A DNA stretch of 53,795 nucleotides, counting the filler, from Sphacelaria rigidula (lineage: Eukaryota): assembly GCA_964200075.2 (NCBI GenBank). It is 4 parts of 4 records of this genome, joined end to end, with 100 filler letters (N's around TTAATTAATTAA, not from the genome) between each part and the next. Parts side by side here need not be neighbours in the genome. Positions count along the whole stretch, not along the records: positions 13,477 to 26,851 come from CAXNAA020002929.1; positions 26,952 to 40,324 come from CAXNAA020002930.1; 2 more parts are not named here. One strand, 5' to 3'. The notes under the pieces were generated by a model. The model was not told the origin of the DNA. It ran no database searches and was given only the letters and a program-made list of their open reading frames with translations. Positions 23,735 to 37,020 of the stretch are shown here, piece by piece. A program made the position numbers and the translations under genes. How positions within the stretch are numbered: the stretch's first letter is position 1; the number at the start of each line of letters is the position of its first letter.

Positions 23735-26171
23735 TGGCGCCCGGTCCATATCGACGGAAGAGCCACAGACAGATAAGAGAATAGGTTCTGCTCGTCCGCT
23801 ATTGGTGCCTGATCATTGCCGTAGTTTCAGCGACGGTGGCGGTGGGCGGCGAGGACTATGTTTTTTGGAGTTGTTCGCGGAAAGGGTTACCCAAGAGGAC
23901 AGACAGCGAGGAGAACGGGGTAGGGACACCCGTTCAACATGGAGAGGCGGAGGATTTCGAGGAAAGGGCTGACGTCGGAGGGCTTGACATTTGTCTCCGG
24001 TTACAATCATTAGTTGTTATTAGTAAAGCGTTAGGGTGGGGGAGCGGGGGGGGCGGGGGCGGGTGACATACACATATAGACATGCCTGGAGTGTTCGTTG
24101 ACTTTGAGTTCCTCCTCTTGTGAGTGAGAGTTTTGGGTGCTTCATAGGTGTTTGCTCGCTGTCAAACTGGAAGAAGATATCGCGAAGCCGCCCTGCCACA
24201 GCTCATCATGGATCCTGAACAGAAGCAAGGTGACATCAGGGAAACGGTAGATGCTGAGGAGTTCAGGCTTCATTTTCGGAAGCAATGCGGCAATCCACCC
24301 CATGCAAACTCTTGAGCAACGTGGAATGTGAAAATGGGTTGAGCCCCCAACATACTCTTGAACTGATTAACTCTCCTTCTTCCGGGCAGTACCCACCTTA
24401 CTCCCCTCCCCTCCCCTCCCCATCCTCCCTGTATTAACTTTCTCGTGCGTTTTTACGACGAGAAGAAGCTTACAGAGGAGTGTTTCTTCGCCTTTGTTTC
24501 ACGTGTCTCTTGCGTGTGTTGTTTAAGCCTGCGATCTGCGCAGATTCCTTCGTGAGTCATGAACAGCTGCGTTTGCCCACTCCCCACCATTTTTTCTTTT
24601 TTTGTTACCCGCTTAATTTTTTGCGGACTTTCATGTTCATTTCTTACGATGATAGATAGGGTCGTGATTCGAACTTAGGTTCTAGAATCTTGTGGTCACT
24701 CAGTGATTGAAGATATTTCTTCTGACGCCAATTAGCATGAAACTGGGAGAAGTCCTCGACGGACACTTCTTCCTGTTTTGGGTCATTTTCCCAGGAAGAA
24801 AAAAAGCGGCCTTGCATCTTCATAATGAAGAGACAGTAACCCTTACGCTCCCCATACTTTCTCTTCTGAGATATAGCTCGTTGCCAGGCCCGCGAAAGTG
24901 TGAGAGTGGTTCATTTATGGTGTATTTAGATCGATGTCATTATCGTTGCATGAACAGGGTGATGAGCAGGAATGATGATGCGAAACTAAATTTGGTTCGG
25001 GCAATAGTAGGCGCGTAGCAGCGTGTTGCTGTGGCCGAGGGAAGGTGGTGCACGCTGTTTTTGTCCCATCATTCTGCTGTGTGTGGTGACACGTTCGCAG
25101 TACAGGCATGGGCATGGGCATGCGTATGTATGTATGTGTGCACTGCTGGCGCGATCAATGCTAGCTACTGATAGACCACCGTGACCATCAATATTTATGT
25201 CATGCGGCACACGACATGTGTGGCAACGGCTTTTTCGATATGGACTCTGCATCTCCAACAACAACAATAACTCCCTCCCTGACCCCCCAAAAGCCCATCC
25301 GTTTGGCGTCACACTAGATAGAAGAGGCCTTCTATGCCGTTCGAGGGCTGAGCCCGGACTGCGTTTACAGAGGCCGGTAAGTAATTGATGTGTGTACTAC
25401 GCCAAGTTGCATGTCTACACGGTACCACAGAGAAGATGGCGCTTCTAGGATTGTGTATCGTGACGATACATGTACGATATTATCGGTCAATACGATATAT
25501 ACATACTTCGAGTACATATATATATATATATATCTACATAGCTTATTTGTCGTCTCTCGGCGGGGGGTGGTATATATAGCGCGAAATCACATATCGCGAT
25601 ATACTCGCAGCAGGTAGACGACGCTACATGGCGGGTGCGTGTGAGTGTCGTGTGGTCATGTCTATATTGCTACGTATGAATACAGCTTCGGCGCCTCTCT
25701 CAATGCTGGCCGTCCGCAGTGCACAACTTACCAATACTTGCCGACGTGGGATGTGTCTAAGAAGAAATGTCAGTACTTCAAATCTGTGCTATGGGTTTTG
25801 TGTAGACACATATTATGAGGGTGTCCCGGGGGGGATACGGCCTCACATGGTCTCGTGGGGGACCCCGGATATCTGGCGAAATAGAAGAACAAGTCCACAA
25901 ATTCTTCCAAGAAAGTTCAGCAATATCCCATAGTACAAATGTGCAAAGCTTCAGGGTCAAACTCCAAAAACCGGCATGAGAAATCGCCCTCACGTGAGGC
26001 CAAGTGTAAGATAATCTGCTGAACTCCCTAATTTATTGATTTGAGCACTGGAACCGAGCTTTTTCTTGTGCGTTCAAGCTTGCATCGACAGTTTAGGATC
26101 AGCTTTTTTTCGAATTGCGCAACGAAACTTTGAACAAACGTTCTCAGGACTAACTGGGGACGAGTATAGTC

Positions 26172-26174
26172 TGA

Positions 26175-26207
<33 letters not shown>

Positions 26208-26365
26208 CGCACTTTTACGGACCCCCCAGGGATCCAGCCGTGGTCACATGATAGACGCACCCAAGATAAAACAGAACTGGAGCACTTCGCTGAAAAATGG
26301 GAAGAAACAGGGAAAGTAGAGCAGAACAACATAGTAGACTAAGACGTTAAAAAAAAAAGAGAAAG
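26172..26365 (-). mobile_element. 5'-truncated non-LTR retroelement 3' end with (CAAT)n tail
   Basis: GTGACCACGGCTGGAT motif followed by GCGACAATCAATCAATC..; related copies at 27600-27740 and 29605-29780. Confidence 0.65.
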
Positions 26366-26851
26366 TATTTTTCTGTGCAGTGCGATGTTACCGGTATAAA
26401 GAGAGGGTTTTGCCCGAACATGAGGCTCGCAAAGACCTCAAAATAAAAGTCACCTGGTCACACACAAAAGCAGCGGCTTGAGCCATGTTGGGCTTTCTTC
26501 AAAACTGGCCTCACAGTGCATGCATGCAGAGCAGCACGAGTTGATCTCAGGCGGTGGGAGAAACCAAATGTTTGTCTGTATTTTACAAACGAGTGGGTCT
26601 TCACCCACATGCAGAGGCTCACTAGTAGGGACTCGGTTGGTCCATAGGAGCGAGAGAGTGGTGTCCAAAGGTCGCTGCTTAGGTCCACAACCAGAGTGAG
26701 GGAGGGTGCTAGCCTCTACCCATCTCAGAATCAGAAAGACTCACCCTTTACACAACTGCCATCTACACACCTAGAACCTATAGCCTCTGCCAGACGATCT
26801 GGACGAGAGGGCTATTCAGTGAGGGACTTCTCCAGGATCCACTGGCCTCAC

Positions 26852-26951
26852 NNNNNNNNNNNNNNNNNNNNNNNNNNNNNNNNNNNNNNNNNNNNTTAAT
26901 TAATTAANNNNNNNNNNNNNNNNNNNNNNNNNNNNNNNNNNNNNNNNNNNN
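26852..26951. other. Artificial contig spacer
   Basis: N44-TTAATTAATTAA-N44. Confidence 0.98.
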
Positions 26952-27599
26952 CCCACGATGACTCATTTCAGCGTTACAACCCAGGTACACGCAGCCCAGA
27001 CACGTGGAATGGCGCAAAAGTTGCGTGGGACACCCCTTGGACCAGCGGTCAACTTTTTCCTCCCTTTCGGCCCTTTCGGGCAATCAGGCAGAAGAAATCG
27101 TGAATTTGGTGATTTTGAGTCGTGATGATTTGTCCTAACCGTGTAATGTTCACAAAAATGGCGCTGGTGAAATACTGTACATACACGCCATGCAAATTGG
27201 AATAGGTTTTGGCACGCACGTCACCACAGGTACGGATGAGGGAGTCATGCGACGGTTCGAGAGGGGTGGGGTTGACTCCAAGAAAATAAGTGCTCACAGG
27301 TGGATCAGACGACCCATACAACACACTCGCGGTTGCGCTCGAATTCTGATAACAAACGTATCAAGCATAACGATTGAGCGTTATTCATCGGTAACAAGTC
27401 CGTTCCCAACAACAGCTGCGCTTTCAACGAAGATTTGAAGCGAAATTTCGTGAAAGATATGACCCGAAATACCCACCACCAGACTCCCTTTCGTGGCGTG
27501 ACTCGAGGGCAAAACGTGAGCTGCACATGACCAAGACTCTGTTTCATTTGTTTTTCATGTCCTGGTCTTATCTGTTGTTCTGTCCCATATTTTCTGTTT

Positions 27600-27740
27600 C
27601 TTCTGTATGCTTCAGCGAGTGTTTCAAGTCCGTTTCATCTCGCCCACGCCTAGCATGTGACCACGGCTGGATCATGATCCCTGGAGGGGGTCCGGTCAGT
27701 TGAATTGCGACAATCAATCAATCAACCAACCGATCAATCG
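27600..27740 (+). mobile_element. Non-LTR retroelement 3' end with (CAAT)n tail
   Basis: GTGACCACGGCTGGAT..GCGACAATCAATCAATCAAC. Confidence 0.6.
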
Positions 27741-28328
27741 TGCCGACCCAGAAGTGCCCGTGACTCCGGCATTAGTAGAGATGTTAGTCGAAGTGTAGAT
27801 CCGCTCGATCTGCTATTTCCGAGGTTTCAAGGTTCCTACAGCGTAATGAAAAATAATATTTTTTTCACGGAGAACCCTTGAAGAACGAGTAGGGGGGCGG
27901 GGCGTGTTTTCACTCGTCGTTGGGACCGGGTTTTGGTCGTCGTTAAAGCCCGAGGGTCGATGCCAACTGTGGCGCAGGTCGGCTTTCGGCGATCGGACTG
28001 GGGGAGGTGGGATGTGCTCATGACCTTGCATGCCATAGTCATATGACCATTGACGTCGCACCCCTACAAAGCCGGGACGGAGCACGCCGGGTTTTCGGCG
28101 GACCAGGCTTGCAATCGATCGGGCTGGGGGATGTCATAGATCGCGGTCTTGAGCCAATGCGTTAATGAAATGATAGGCAAGGTTATTCGAGTAGTCGGCC
28201 TTGAGGGCTGAAACGAGGCGCCGGCGTGAGGATCGTTCGGGAGACAGATGGTATAGAACTGAGCGTTTTTGGCGATGGTTTCGATTTCCAAGAAACACGC
28301 TTCGCTTTAGTTTTTGACTAGCCGCCGC

Positions 28329-28408
28329 GCCCCGGTGGTGTAATGGTCCGACTTTCGCCATCAGGGTGGAGAGAACAAGGGTTCGATTCCCGATGCGTTG
28401 CATTTTTT
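28329..28408 (+). pseudogene. tRNA-derived sequence (SINE head or tRNA pseudogene)
   Basis: A-box TGGTGTAATGG, B-box GGTTCGATTCCC and a T6 run; the acceptor stem does not pair. Confidence 0.55.
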
Positions 28409-29245
28409 CTTCGTAGTGTCTGATTTCCACCGTGGAAAGCGTGAGAACGTGTGTAAACAAAGTAGTTGACTGAGTTTGTTTGACGTGAGTTGACGCGGTG
28501 CGGGAGTGTTGGTCATGATCCAATCAGCGAGACCGAAATGCAAGGCGTGTACCGGGGAGACATGGGTTGATCAAATGAGACCACAGACTCGTCCCGTGAA
28601 AGGAAAGAGGTTCAAAGTGCGACAAAAAACAAAAACTACATATATATATATATATATTTAAATATGTTCCGAAAGGAACTGAGGACAACTCGGTTGTAAC
28701 CCTAGTGGCTACGTACTGCCATCCGAGAGCGAAGGAGAAGAGATCGAGATCAAAACCCTGTGAAAAGCACCGCAAGAGCATCAAGGCTACCCCTCTGTTG
28801 CGTGTGTGAAGACAATCTGCGTTGGAATTTGCTGAATGATAGCTGGCTTGGTGTGGGAAGTTATCTTGTTACGAACTGTTGGAATGCTTACGTCGAACTC
28901 GAACGGCTCTCTGTTGAGCTTATTATACTGACCTTAATCTGATACGCCGGGGCATGTGCCAAAGATGGTCAGATTTTGAGGTACGCTGCCACGGTTGACA
29001 TGCGAAACTTCGCGTGGTTCAGGACCTGGCCGTTTCTTGATCGGTGTTCGGCAGAGGTGGGTAGCTCTCTCTTACTCTATAGGACTTGTGACACTACTTC
29101 CTTATCTTAATACTTCATGCCACGACCTGATGTTTGACATACGTGCACAACTACGTGTTCACAATAAGACAGGGAAGGTTAAGCTGGTGAAGCTTTTTCT
29201 TTGCTTTTCCAACCTCAGTCCGACATAGATTGACACTCATGAAGC

Positions 29246-32200
29246 TTATTCGGACAGAGATTCACACTCAAGATACTCGTCCTGGAACAGCCAGCTTTCC
29301 GGATATCTCAACTCTGGAGGCAAGGAACACAGAAAAGGAAATGTCACACCTGTTGAAATGTCAAATGCGCCGGTTGCTGCAAATTTTTGGACTATGTCTC
29401 GCAAAATCTGTTCCTTCTTCTCCCCCGTGATTATTTCGAGTCCCAGACTGAATTTCTACACACTTGAGCACAGACACAACATGTCATTTGTTTCCTCTTC
29501 TCAAATCCCGAATCGAGAGACATTGACGTTTGAATTCATTGTTCCGAAAAATATTTTTGGGTGTATCTTAATTTTGAAGGCAAAAACCGAGTGTGAGGAA
29601 ATATTTGGTTGACTGACCGATTGTCGCACTTTAACTGACCACCCATGGGTCCAGCCGTAGTCGCATGATAGATGTACCCAAGTTAAGAAAAACTGCAACA
29701 CTCGCTAAAGAAAAAGAAGGAACAGCGGAAAGTCGAACAGAACGACAAAGTAGACTAAGACGTTAAAGAAAAAAAGCAAAGCACAGGAAAAGATAGCCAA
29801 CCTAAAAAAACAAGTTGATACATATATACATATGTTGGTTGTATCTTGAATGCGCACGTAACTGCAAATTTTTACTCCACAGCTCTCAGCAACCATGCGG
29901 CCGTAATATAATCCGCAAGATGTATTCCTTCCCCCAAATAATCTGTTTTTCTTCTCTATTCACGTTCTTCACTTCTTACCATGGTTTGCACGAACTGCAA
30001 GAGCAATATCACGCATGTATGCCAACACGCAATGCCAAGGTCACGACGGTTGCTCTTTTGAATTTTCGATCCTAATCCTGGGTGGATCTGATCTTTATTA
30101 TCGTTGTTCTCGTATGTCTCCTTTTCCTCAATGTCTTTTTTATCCTTCTTTGTTTTCACCGAACGCTCGTGAAGAGCGAATTCTCAAAAATGGGGTTGAA
30201 CAAAAAAGTAAGGTTGAACTCAAAAGCAGTGCTTGCCCTGATGAAAAATCATGGCAAATGACTTTCATATGGACTACCGCATCCCTCCCGACCTCACTTG
30301 GACTATTTCGGGGGATTTCTAGCCTTCCATTCCCTCAAAGGGTACCTGCGAAAGCACTTTTGCCTCGATTTCGGGGTGAAAAAAGCGACGTTTTTTGGCC
30401 CCAAAATCTTGCCTTTGCACATACCCTGCGGGGGAACGAAAGACTGGAAACCCCCCGAAATAGTTGTACGGGGGTCGGGAGGGATGAGGTCGTCCATATG
30501 AAAGTCATTTGCCATGACTTCAGGTCGGGGAAAGCACTGCTTCTGAGTTGAACCTCATTTTTTGTTCAACCCCATTTTTGAGAACCCGCTGTTAGTGGCT
30601 ATTTCCCGTCATGTTCACGGGATATTCCGTTCCGTCCCCACGGGACGTCCCGTCAGTGAACCCGCAAGTTCCGTCCAATCTCGCGGGAAATTAAAGATAT
30701 CCTGGGGTATATTCTTTTGCCAGATGTGAGCAATGTATCTTGCCAAGAAATTAAATCTGTTGTGCTTTTCGTTTGCTGATCCATCAGAGCATCACTTGAA
30801 TAGAATAATGATATCGGCGCACATCCGTCGGGGTTGAGGCACACACCTTCCGCGACGATGGGACGAGGCGGGACGGGAATCTCTCAGGACGGTCTTCATT
30901 TTTTCGTGAAGACGGGACGGGAATCTCGCGTGACTCCATCTATTCCTTCCCGTGACAATGCGACGGGACGGGAAGTTCCCGTCCGGTCCCATCCCGACAC
31001 CCCACTTCCCGTCTTGTCCCGTCCGTGTTTTCGGGGACGTGCTTTCCGTCCCGACATTATTTTGGCAACGGAAAAGATATGTGCCCCGTTCCTTTTTCCG
31101 AGAGATGAGTATTTTTCCAGGGTAGCCGAGGTATGATTAATCGAAGTGCAAACATTCTCAGTATTCTGGGGGTAGCCATGCTATGCATTGCCACAGGCAC
31201 TGGATAGATATTTCCCAAGGTACCTCGGGTGCCCGCCCTCTGGAATACCCGGCTCCGGCTTGGTACCGAGAGAACTCAGTATAATAGTACATCCACTTAG
31301 TACTCCGGGAATCCAGGGTATCGACTGCTCGAAGTACTGAGTACTTAGGATACTCGGAATTTCAGGGTACCGAAGGTACCAACTCTCGGAAATACTCCGT
31401 AATCCAGAGTACACCGGGTATCGATACGCCAAAATAGCCGACCTTGTACCCCACGATATCCGAACGACCTGTGAACGATTTCGGTCAGGACCCGTGAAAG
31501 CACAGTAGTTATCAGTTGTCTGGGGTGTCAAACTACAACTTTATCCTTTGTAGTACGCAGAACAGCCCACCTGTCCTGTCTGCAGTTTATTCGCAACAAT
31601 GGCAAGACAGGGTGAAATACGCTCATGTCACGGTGCCCCTTCGAGGATGCGGCTCGGTACCGCGCAAACGTCAGTCAAACGTGATCGGAACCACGAAAAT
31701 TGCGGCCCTCCTACTGTACTACAATAATGAAATGAGGCTAGTTGAAGGAATATACAAAAAATACATCTCGCCAAGGTCTCCTCGAGTTAACCCGGTTCGT
31801 CGAGTCGAGGCACCCGCATCTATTTGAAGAGCAGGCTAATGCGGTGTGCACTTGGAGAGTTTGACGACGCGATGTTGCCCAACCACCTGCCGTGCATTGC
31901 GGGGTCTAACCGTGACTGTGTCGCCTGCACTTGATATGTCGCCTCTTTTCCCTTACCTTGGCTGTGCGGTCGAACACCCGTGCGCTACTGTCCAAATTGG
32001 CAAACACTCTCGGTTGGAAGCGTTTGATCTGGTCGGCCAAAGACGGCACATCGGTAGTCCCCCCGACGGAAAGCTCCAGCCGCATTGTCATATCCACTCG
32101 CTTGCCTACCTGGATAGCGCAGACGCTCTTCTCCGTGTTTTTTTTCGATTTATCTAGCAACAGCGATCTTCATTGACAGGTTGACAGTTGGTGTTGATCG

Positions 32201-33312
32201 TCTCTCGAGTCACACCTTGACCAGAGGGGCGGGTTCTCTTGAGACTCTGGTTCCGGGTGTAGTGCCGGGTACTCACATTTACAGATATTGCACGACGGTG
32301 GGTTCAGTATTCTTCTGCTCTCAGTGTTCTGTCAAGGTTGCACGGGCATGCTTCTCGCGATCTATACTACCTGCTCGAAAAACGGGCTCTTCTGACAGTT
32401 GGCAGTTGTATCTTTAATCTTCTCGTCGATCATGCAATGTCAAATACATGGGATTGAGAAAGCTGGAGACCCTTCGCCTGCAGTGCATGTAGAGAATTAC
32501 CTGTGGAGCGATTTCGAAAAACACACCGGCCTTGAACCCGCGTTCTTAAGAATTTGCTACTGGGGGTGCACGCGCCGCTGTAGAGCACCCCATGTGCATG
32601 CTAGTATAGGTGACGCTGCAAAGACACCTTTACCGCACACTGATTATGAGGATGTTCCACCACCACTTCCTGCTGCCTGTGCTAGCTAGAACAGTAGTAG
32701 CACTGAACACTGAACGTACGTGATAGAGGTCTGGAAACTTCGATTGACGTCATCCCCTCCGGCCCAGTACGAATGTACCGTGCAGATATCGGAATGTTTT
32801 TTAATGTAAAGACAATACAACAACAACAACCTCCCAAACAGTGCCTATTTCGGGACAGTATTCAGAAAGTCATCTCATCTACTCGTGCTGCACTGTCTGT
32901 GCATGGCACGGCGCTGTACGCCTCCGTAGCCTGCTGTACTGCACAAAACTATGATGTGCTATACGTGTCCGTGTCCTGTACTCTATGTACCCTTACTGCG
33001 CAGTGAAGCATAACTGGAATGCACTGTGTAGGCAGCAGCATTTGTGAAGTGCCGGAAAGTGAACTACATACGTACGTACTTGAGGGCTCGAGCTTCTTCG
33101 ATTCACAGTTACACAAACACGCCTCCTGTGAAACCCAAGAGGGTTTTTCAAAAATGCCACCTGGTTTTTTTCTAGTTCTTCTCTTTGTTTTTGCCCTCTT
33201 TCTTCCTGTCGTCCGCGGCCACCCCCCAGGCCTCGCAACGTCTTGGCTGGCTTTACGTACCTGTAACCACCTTCCAAAGACGTTCAAAACAGGAAATCTC
33301 ACGTGCTATCAC
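29246..33312 (-). CDS. Hypothetical multi-exon protein-coding gene, no recognised family; both ends uncertain
   Basis: Phase-consistent exons with AG|GT donors: 33312-33261, 32544-32501, 32109-31957 and 31638-31571 give VIAREISCFERLWKVVTERGFKAGVFFEIAPQVGKRVDMTMRLELSVGG..FDRTAKGHRDMSVFHPVLPLLRINCRQD. A possible exon lies at 30794-30721, and a terminal exon starts at 29313. Confidence 0.5.
29605..29780 (-). mobile_element. Non-LTR retroelement 3' end, copy of 26172-26365
   Basis: Shared GATTGTCGCACTTT..CCAGCCGT..GATAGA..TAGACTAAGACGTTAAA. Confidence 0.65.
30172..30593. mobile_element. Foldback MITE, family A copy 2
   Basis: Similar along its length to 22437-22859; long TIRs. Confidence 0.88.
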
Positions 33313-33795
33313 CTGGGATAGTGAGGATTTATTATTTTCTGCTCGTGCGCTTCGTTGTAATCTGAGCAACTATTTTGTGTTGCGCTCCCGTGTTTTGGCT
33401 TGGGAGGTATCAGAAGTGGTCATTTGAGCGAGAGACCGAGAGACCGAGAGACCGAGAGACCGAGAGGGAGGGAGGAAACAGGTGTGTCGGTGAGGCAGCA
33501 GCAACTCGTGGCGGCACAGCTCACATATCACCAGGGGAGAGAGGTGGAAGTTTGCTGTCTAAATCTATTTGTGGCGTCGCAGTTGACTGGCGTGAAGGTG
33601 CCCCCCTGCCAAAGGAAGCGCGGTTTGCTTTTGTGCCGGCAGTCGCCCACAGGACCGCGTGACACGCTCCCACTAGGAGCCCCTCTCACGACTCTGTTTT
33701 GGCCACGCATCACGGCAGGACGCACCAGGACTCGTTTTACCTGTACAGAGCCCTCTAGGTGAAACCGGAAATAACAACGTGAACAAGTCAAAGTT

Positions 33796-34193
33796 ATGGA
33801 GCTGGCATCCGGCCGCATTGTAGGCAGCAAGGACTCAACCACCTCTGCTGCTGCAGGTGGCGGCGGGCGCGGCTCTTCCAACTCGGGACGTGGTGGCGGC
33901 AGCAGCTCTACTTCTGTGCGAGACCGGGATTACGCTCGGGAGAGGGGACGGGGGGGCGGAGGCGGGGGGGGGGCGCTGCGGGATAGCCGAGATGACGCTA
34001 GGGATAGAGATGGCGGTGGAGGCGGCGGGATTGATTGGCAAAGCGAAGAGAGGCGGCGAGGGTCGGACACTGGTAGCAGCTCGCGGGCGAGAGGAGACGC
34101 TGGCCGTTATGGGAGTGGGAAGGTGCCTGGGGGGGGGGGGGGCGGGGATGCTGGTTACCGACAGCTGGGGTATCGCCAAAGGGATAGAAGCAG
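33796..34193 (+). CDS. Probable coding exon, Gly/Arg/Asp-rich low-complexity protein
   Basis: GC-rich open frame ..RDRDYARERGRGGGG..RDSRDDARDRD..; donor CAG|GTACGT at 34193/34194. Downstream exons were not resolved. Confidence 0.5.
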
Positions 34194-36963
34194 GTACGTG
34201 AGGTGAAACAGCTTGCCCATATGTGTGCGTTCATGTATGTCTGTGTTTATGTGGTTTAATCCATTCGTTTGTTTGTAGTTCGTGATGCGTCCAACCTCGA
34301 GAGGCACCTCGAGAGGCTTCTTCTCGTTGTCGGCGACTGTGAGCATTTGATGCCGCGTACTCGCGTACAAGTGACGACGTTATTTTTGCGGATGCTGACA
34401 CGCTGGTCTGTGCTGCCACCATTTGACCAGTGCCACAGATTACAGTACACTACAGATGGGCAAGAGGACAAGTGTACAAGGTTACTGACTGTGCGGTATG
34501 TAGTGACCTCGTACCAGCAGTACACAATAGGCGACCTGTGCTACCGAGCACGCCGACGAATATTGCGTTGGGCTGAAACATCCAGTAGCTGTGCTGTGGC
34601 AGCATATGGCGCATCAATCAAATGCCAAATGTACCTTCATAAATGTCTGGGATGACAACACATGCGCACCTGTATCAGGTATGTAGATTCAACCAAACCC
34701 TCAGAAAACGAACGGCAACTGAATCCCCCCTTTTGCCGGTAAAATTGATTGAGAACCACATGGTGGTTGCACCACTAGCCGGTTCCTCCGGCTGTCTTTT
34801 CGGTGATCTGACCATTACCGACTGTGCTGCTGTAGTGTCGAGCCCATGTGCCGTCCTTTATACGGGCGCAAAGGTGGCTAACGCGGGCTAAATCGTGCCA
34901 ACCAAGCAGCGTCCCTCCGTCGGAAAAGGGATCCGGAGTTGCCAGTCGCCTCCAAAAATTCACGTGTTCCCACGGTGGTACTACTATTAATACTCACGTA
35001 TTCGTGTAATGCCCGGAAAATTGGTGCTTTCGAGTACGAATTGCCCCCTTCCCACAACCAGGACGTATAGTTCTCACTACCGTCAGTACATGCAATAGTC
35101 TCTCCAAAAACAAGAACAATGAGGTTTAGCATCCACTGGGGGAAGAGACGGTCTCCTGCTAGGTCGGTGCTTCGAGACCGGGGAAAGAACAGACAGGACG
35201 CGCGGGGGGTGCTTTACGCGTGCTTCTGTGTCCTCATCTGTCGTTGACGCGCTGGGGGGTTTTGTCCAAACCATACCATTGGTGACGACGAGTTATTCAT
35301 GCGGACCGCACAGAGCTGTCATTTTTCGGGGATGGATGATGGCGTGCACCGTGCAAGGCGTGTAGTAGTGGAAATGATGCCGTTGGACTTGCTCACAAGT
35401 ACGACCGTTGAACACTAATGAGAGTCCGTGTTTTAAAAAACAGCCTGTCGCTCTCGCCGACGGCGCAACTGTCATGTTGGCGAAAGAATGGCGCTTTTAT
35501 ACAGCGTGGACAACGCTGTATTCTCTTAACACCCTCGGCCAATGTGTCTGGAGGGTTGTGCTGTATGATTGTCGGTACCTGCTGCTGTTTCGGGCTTCCT
35601 GATATTCTAGGAGGCAAAGACCATGGATTCCCAAGGTTGGCAGGTTTGCAGGCTTGGACCTTCACCTACTTTCGTCGTTTTGAAGCCAGCGAATCAATAC
35701 AGGAAGAGGCCACGTTAGAACTGAGGGTGCTTGGTAAAAAAATCGAGTACGAGCAGTAGTACCTTTTGGAACGAAACGTTTTAAAAAGCTGTCCCGATTT
35801 CCTCACAGGCTTCGTGAAGTTGTATGTATATAAAGTTAGAATCTGTTCCGAGAAGAAGTCGCCACGCGATCATAGTATAGTATTTCACACAAGCCGCAAT
35901 GTATGGCTACGTTATGCCGTCGATTAAACCCCTCCCGTTCACTACACTGTGCTTGTAGTGTTTGTGTACACTGGTTAACCGAAATGGAAAATCCGGTGTG
36001 TCACGTTTCTCCCTTGAGCGCCAGAAGTCACCGATGTATTCCATAAGGGCCAATAGGGACAGGTGAAGACCAATTTACTTCAGTCGAACGATATGAATGA
36101 ATCGGCGATGGTGCTCAGAAACAAGAGAAGAGCTGCTCAGCTATTCAGGGCGAGTTGCCGACTCTGAAAGTTAGCCGATGATACTGTTCCGAAAAGAGGT
36201 CTAGGAGGCGCCGAAGGACTCGACTCTTCACGCGCCGGGACCCCCGGTCGCTCAACTCTTGGCTGGGCTGTCGGAGCTGTTGAATAGCTGCCTTTTGGTG
36301 GTAAAATAACGCCGATACGCAGAAGAGGCCACTGCTACGCATGTGCTGGGCGCACCGTGCATGATACTCATGCATATGTCACGTTTGCCGTCACTTGGAT
36401 TTAACGGCACCGTGGCTGTGAAACCTGGATTGCCAACAGTAGTATTACCGTAACAACGGGCGCAGCGTGGCGTAGTTAGTAAGGAGAGTCCATGAGATAG
36501 GCGACCCGCGTGGATGTGACTGTTTTGTTATTCTGTGCCTCAGTTTTTTTTCGCGGGAAATTGCCCCCCCTACCCCCAACAGACAATTGACCAAGAAGAG
36601 CACAAGTTGACACACACAAGCAACAAGCATTGAACCGCAGCGGTGAGCTTGTCTTCCTCACAAACCCCGGCTACCCGAGCAGCTCCTGGCGTGTGGAGAG
36701 TTGGGCAAGGTGGGGGGGGGGTGATACTTACGCAACCATGGACAGTTGGCCGCTGCAGTATCACCCCGCAAAACCCAGGCACTAAATTTTAAATTTTGCG
36801 TCCATCCGGCCGAATAGTGGTCATCTACACCTACAGGGGTCATCCTCCAAAACTTGGTGTGGCTATCAACGGCCGAGCTATGCGGCCTTGTTGCATACCC
36901 GTAGTAGTGTTTCTAGTTCCACATCGAGAGTTCCCCGCCCCCCGCTGTGCTCCGTCTCGAAAG

Positions 36964-37020
36964 GGATGCGTGGCCAGTGATCAAACGACGAAGGCAAGCA
37001 ACAAATAAGACCCCCCCCCC
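36964..37020. repeat. ~55-bp interspersed motif ending in poly-C (other copies at 37782-37830 and 42341-42396)
   Basis: GGATGCGTGG.CA.TG.TCAAACGAC..AGG.AAGCAACAAAT.AG..CCCCC. Confidence 0.7.

Noticed and set aside
30600-31450. TCCCGTC-rich and GAGTAC/GGTAC-rich tracts as possible MITEs
   Set aside because: Probably decayed repeats, but clear TIRs and TSDs could not be fixed.
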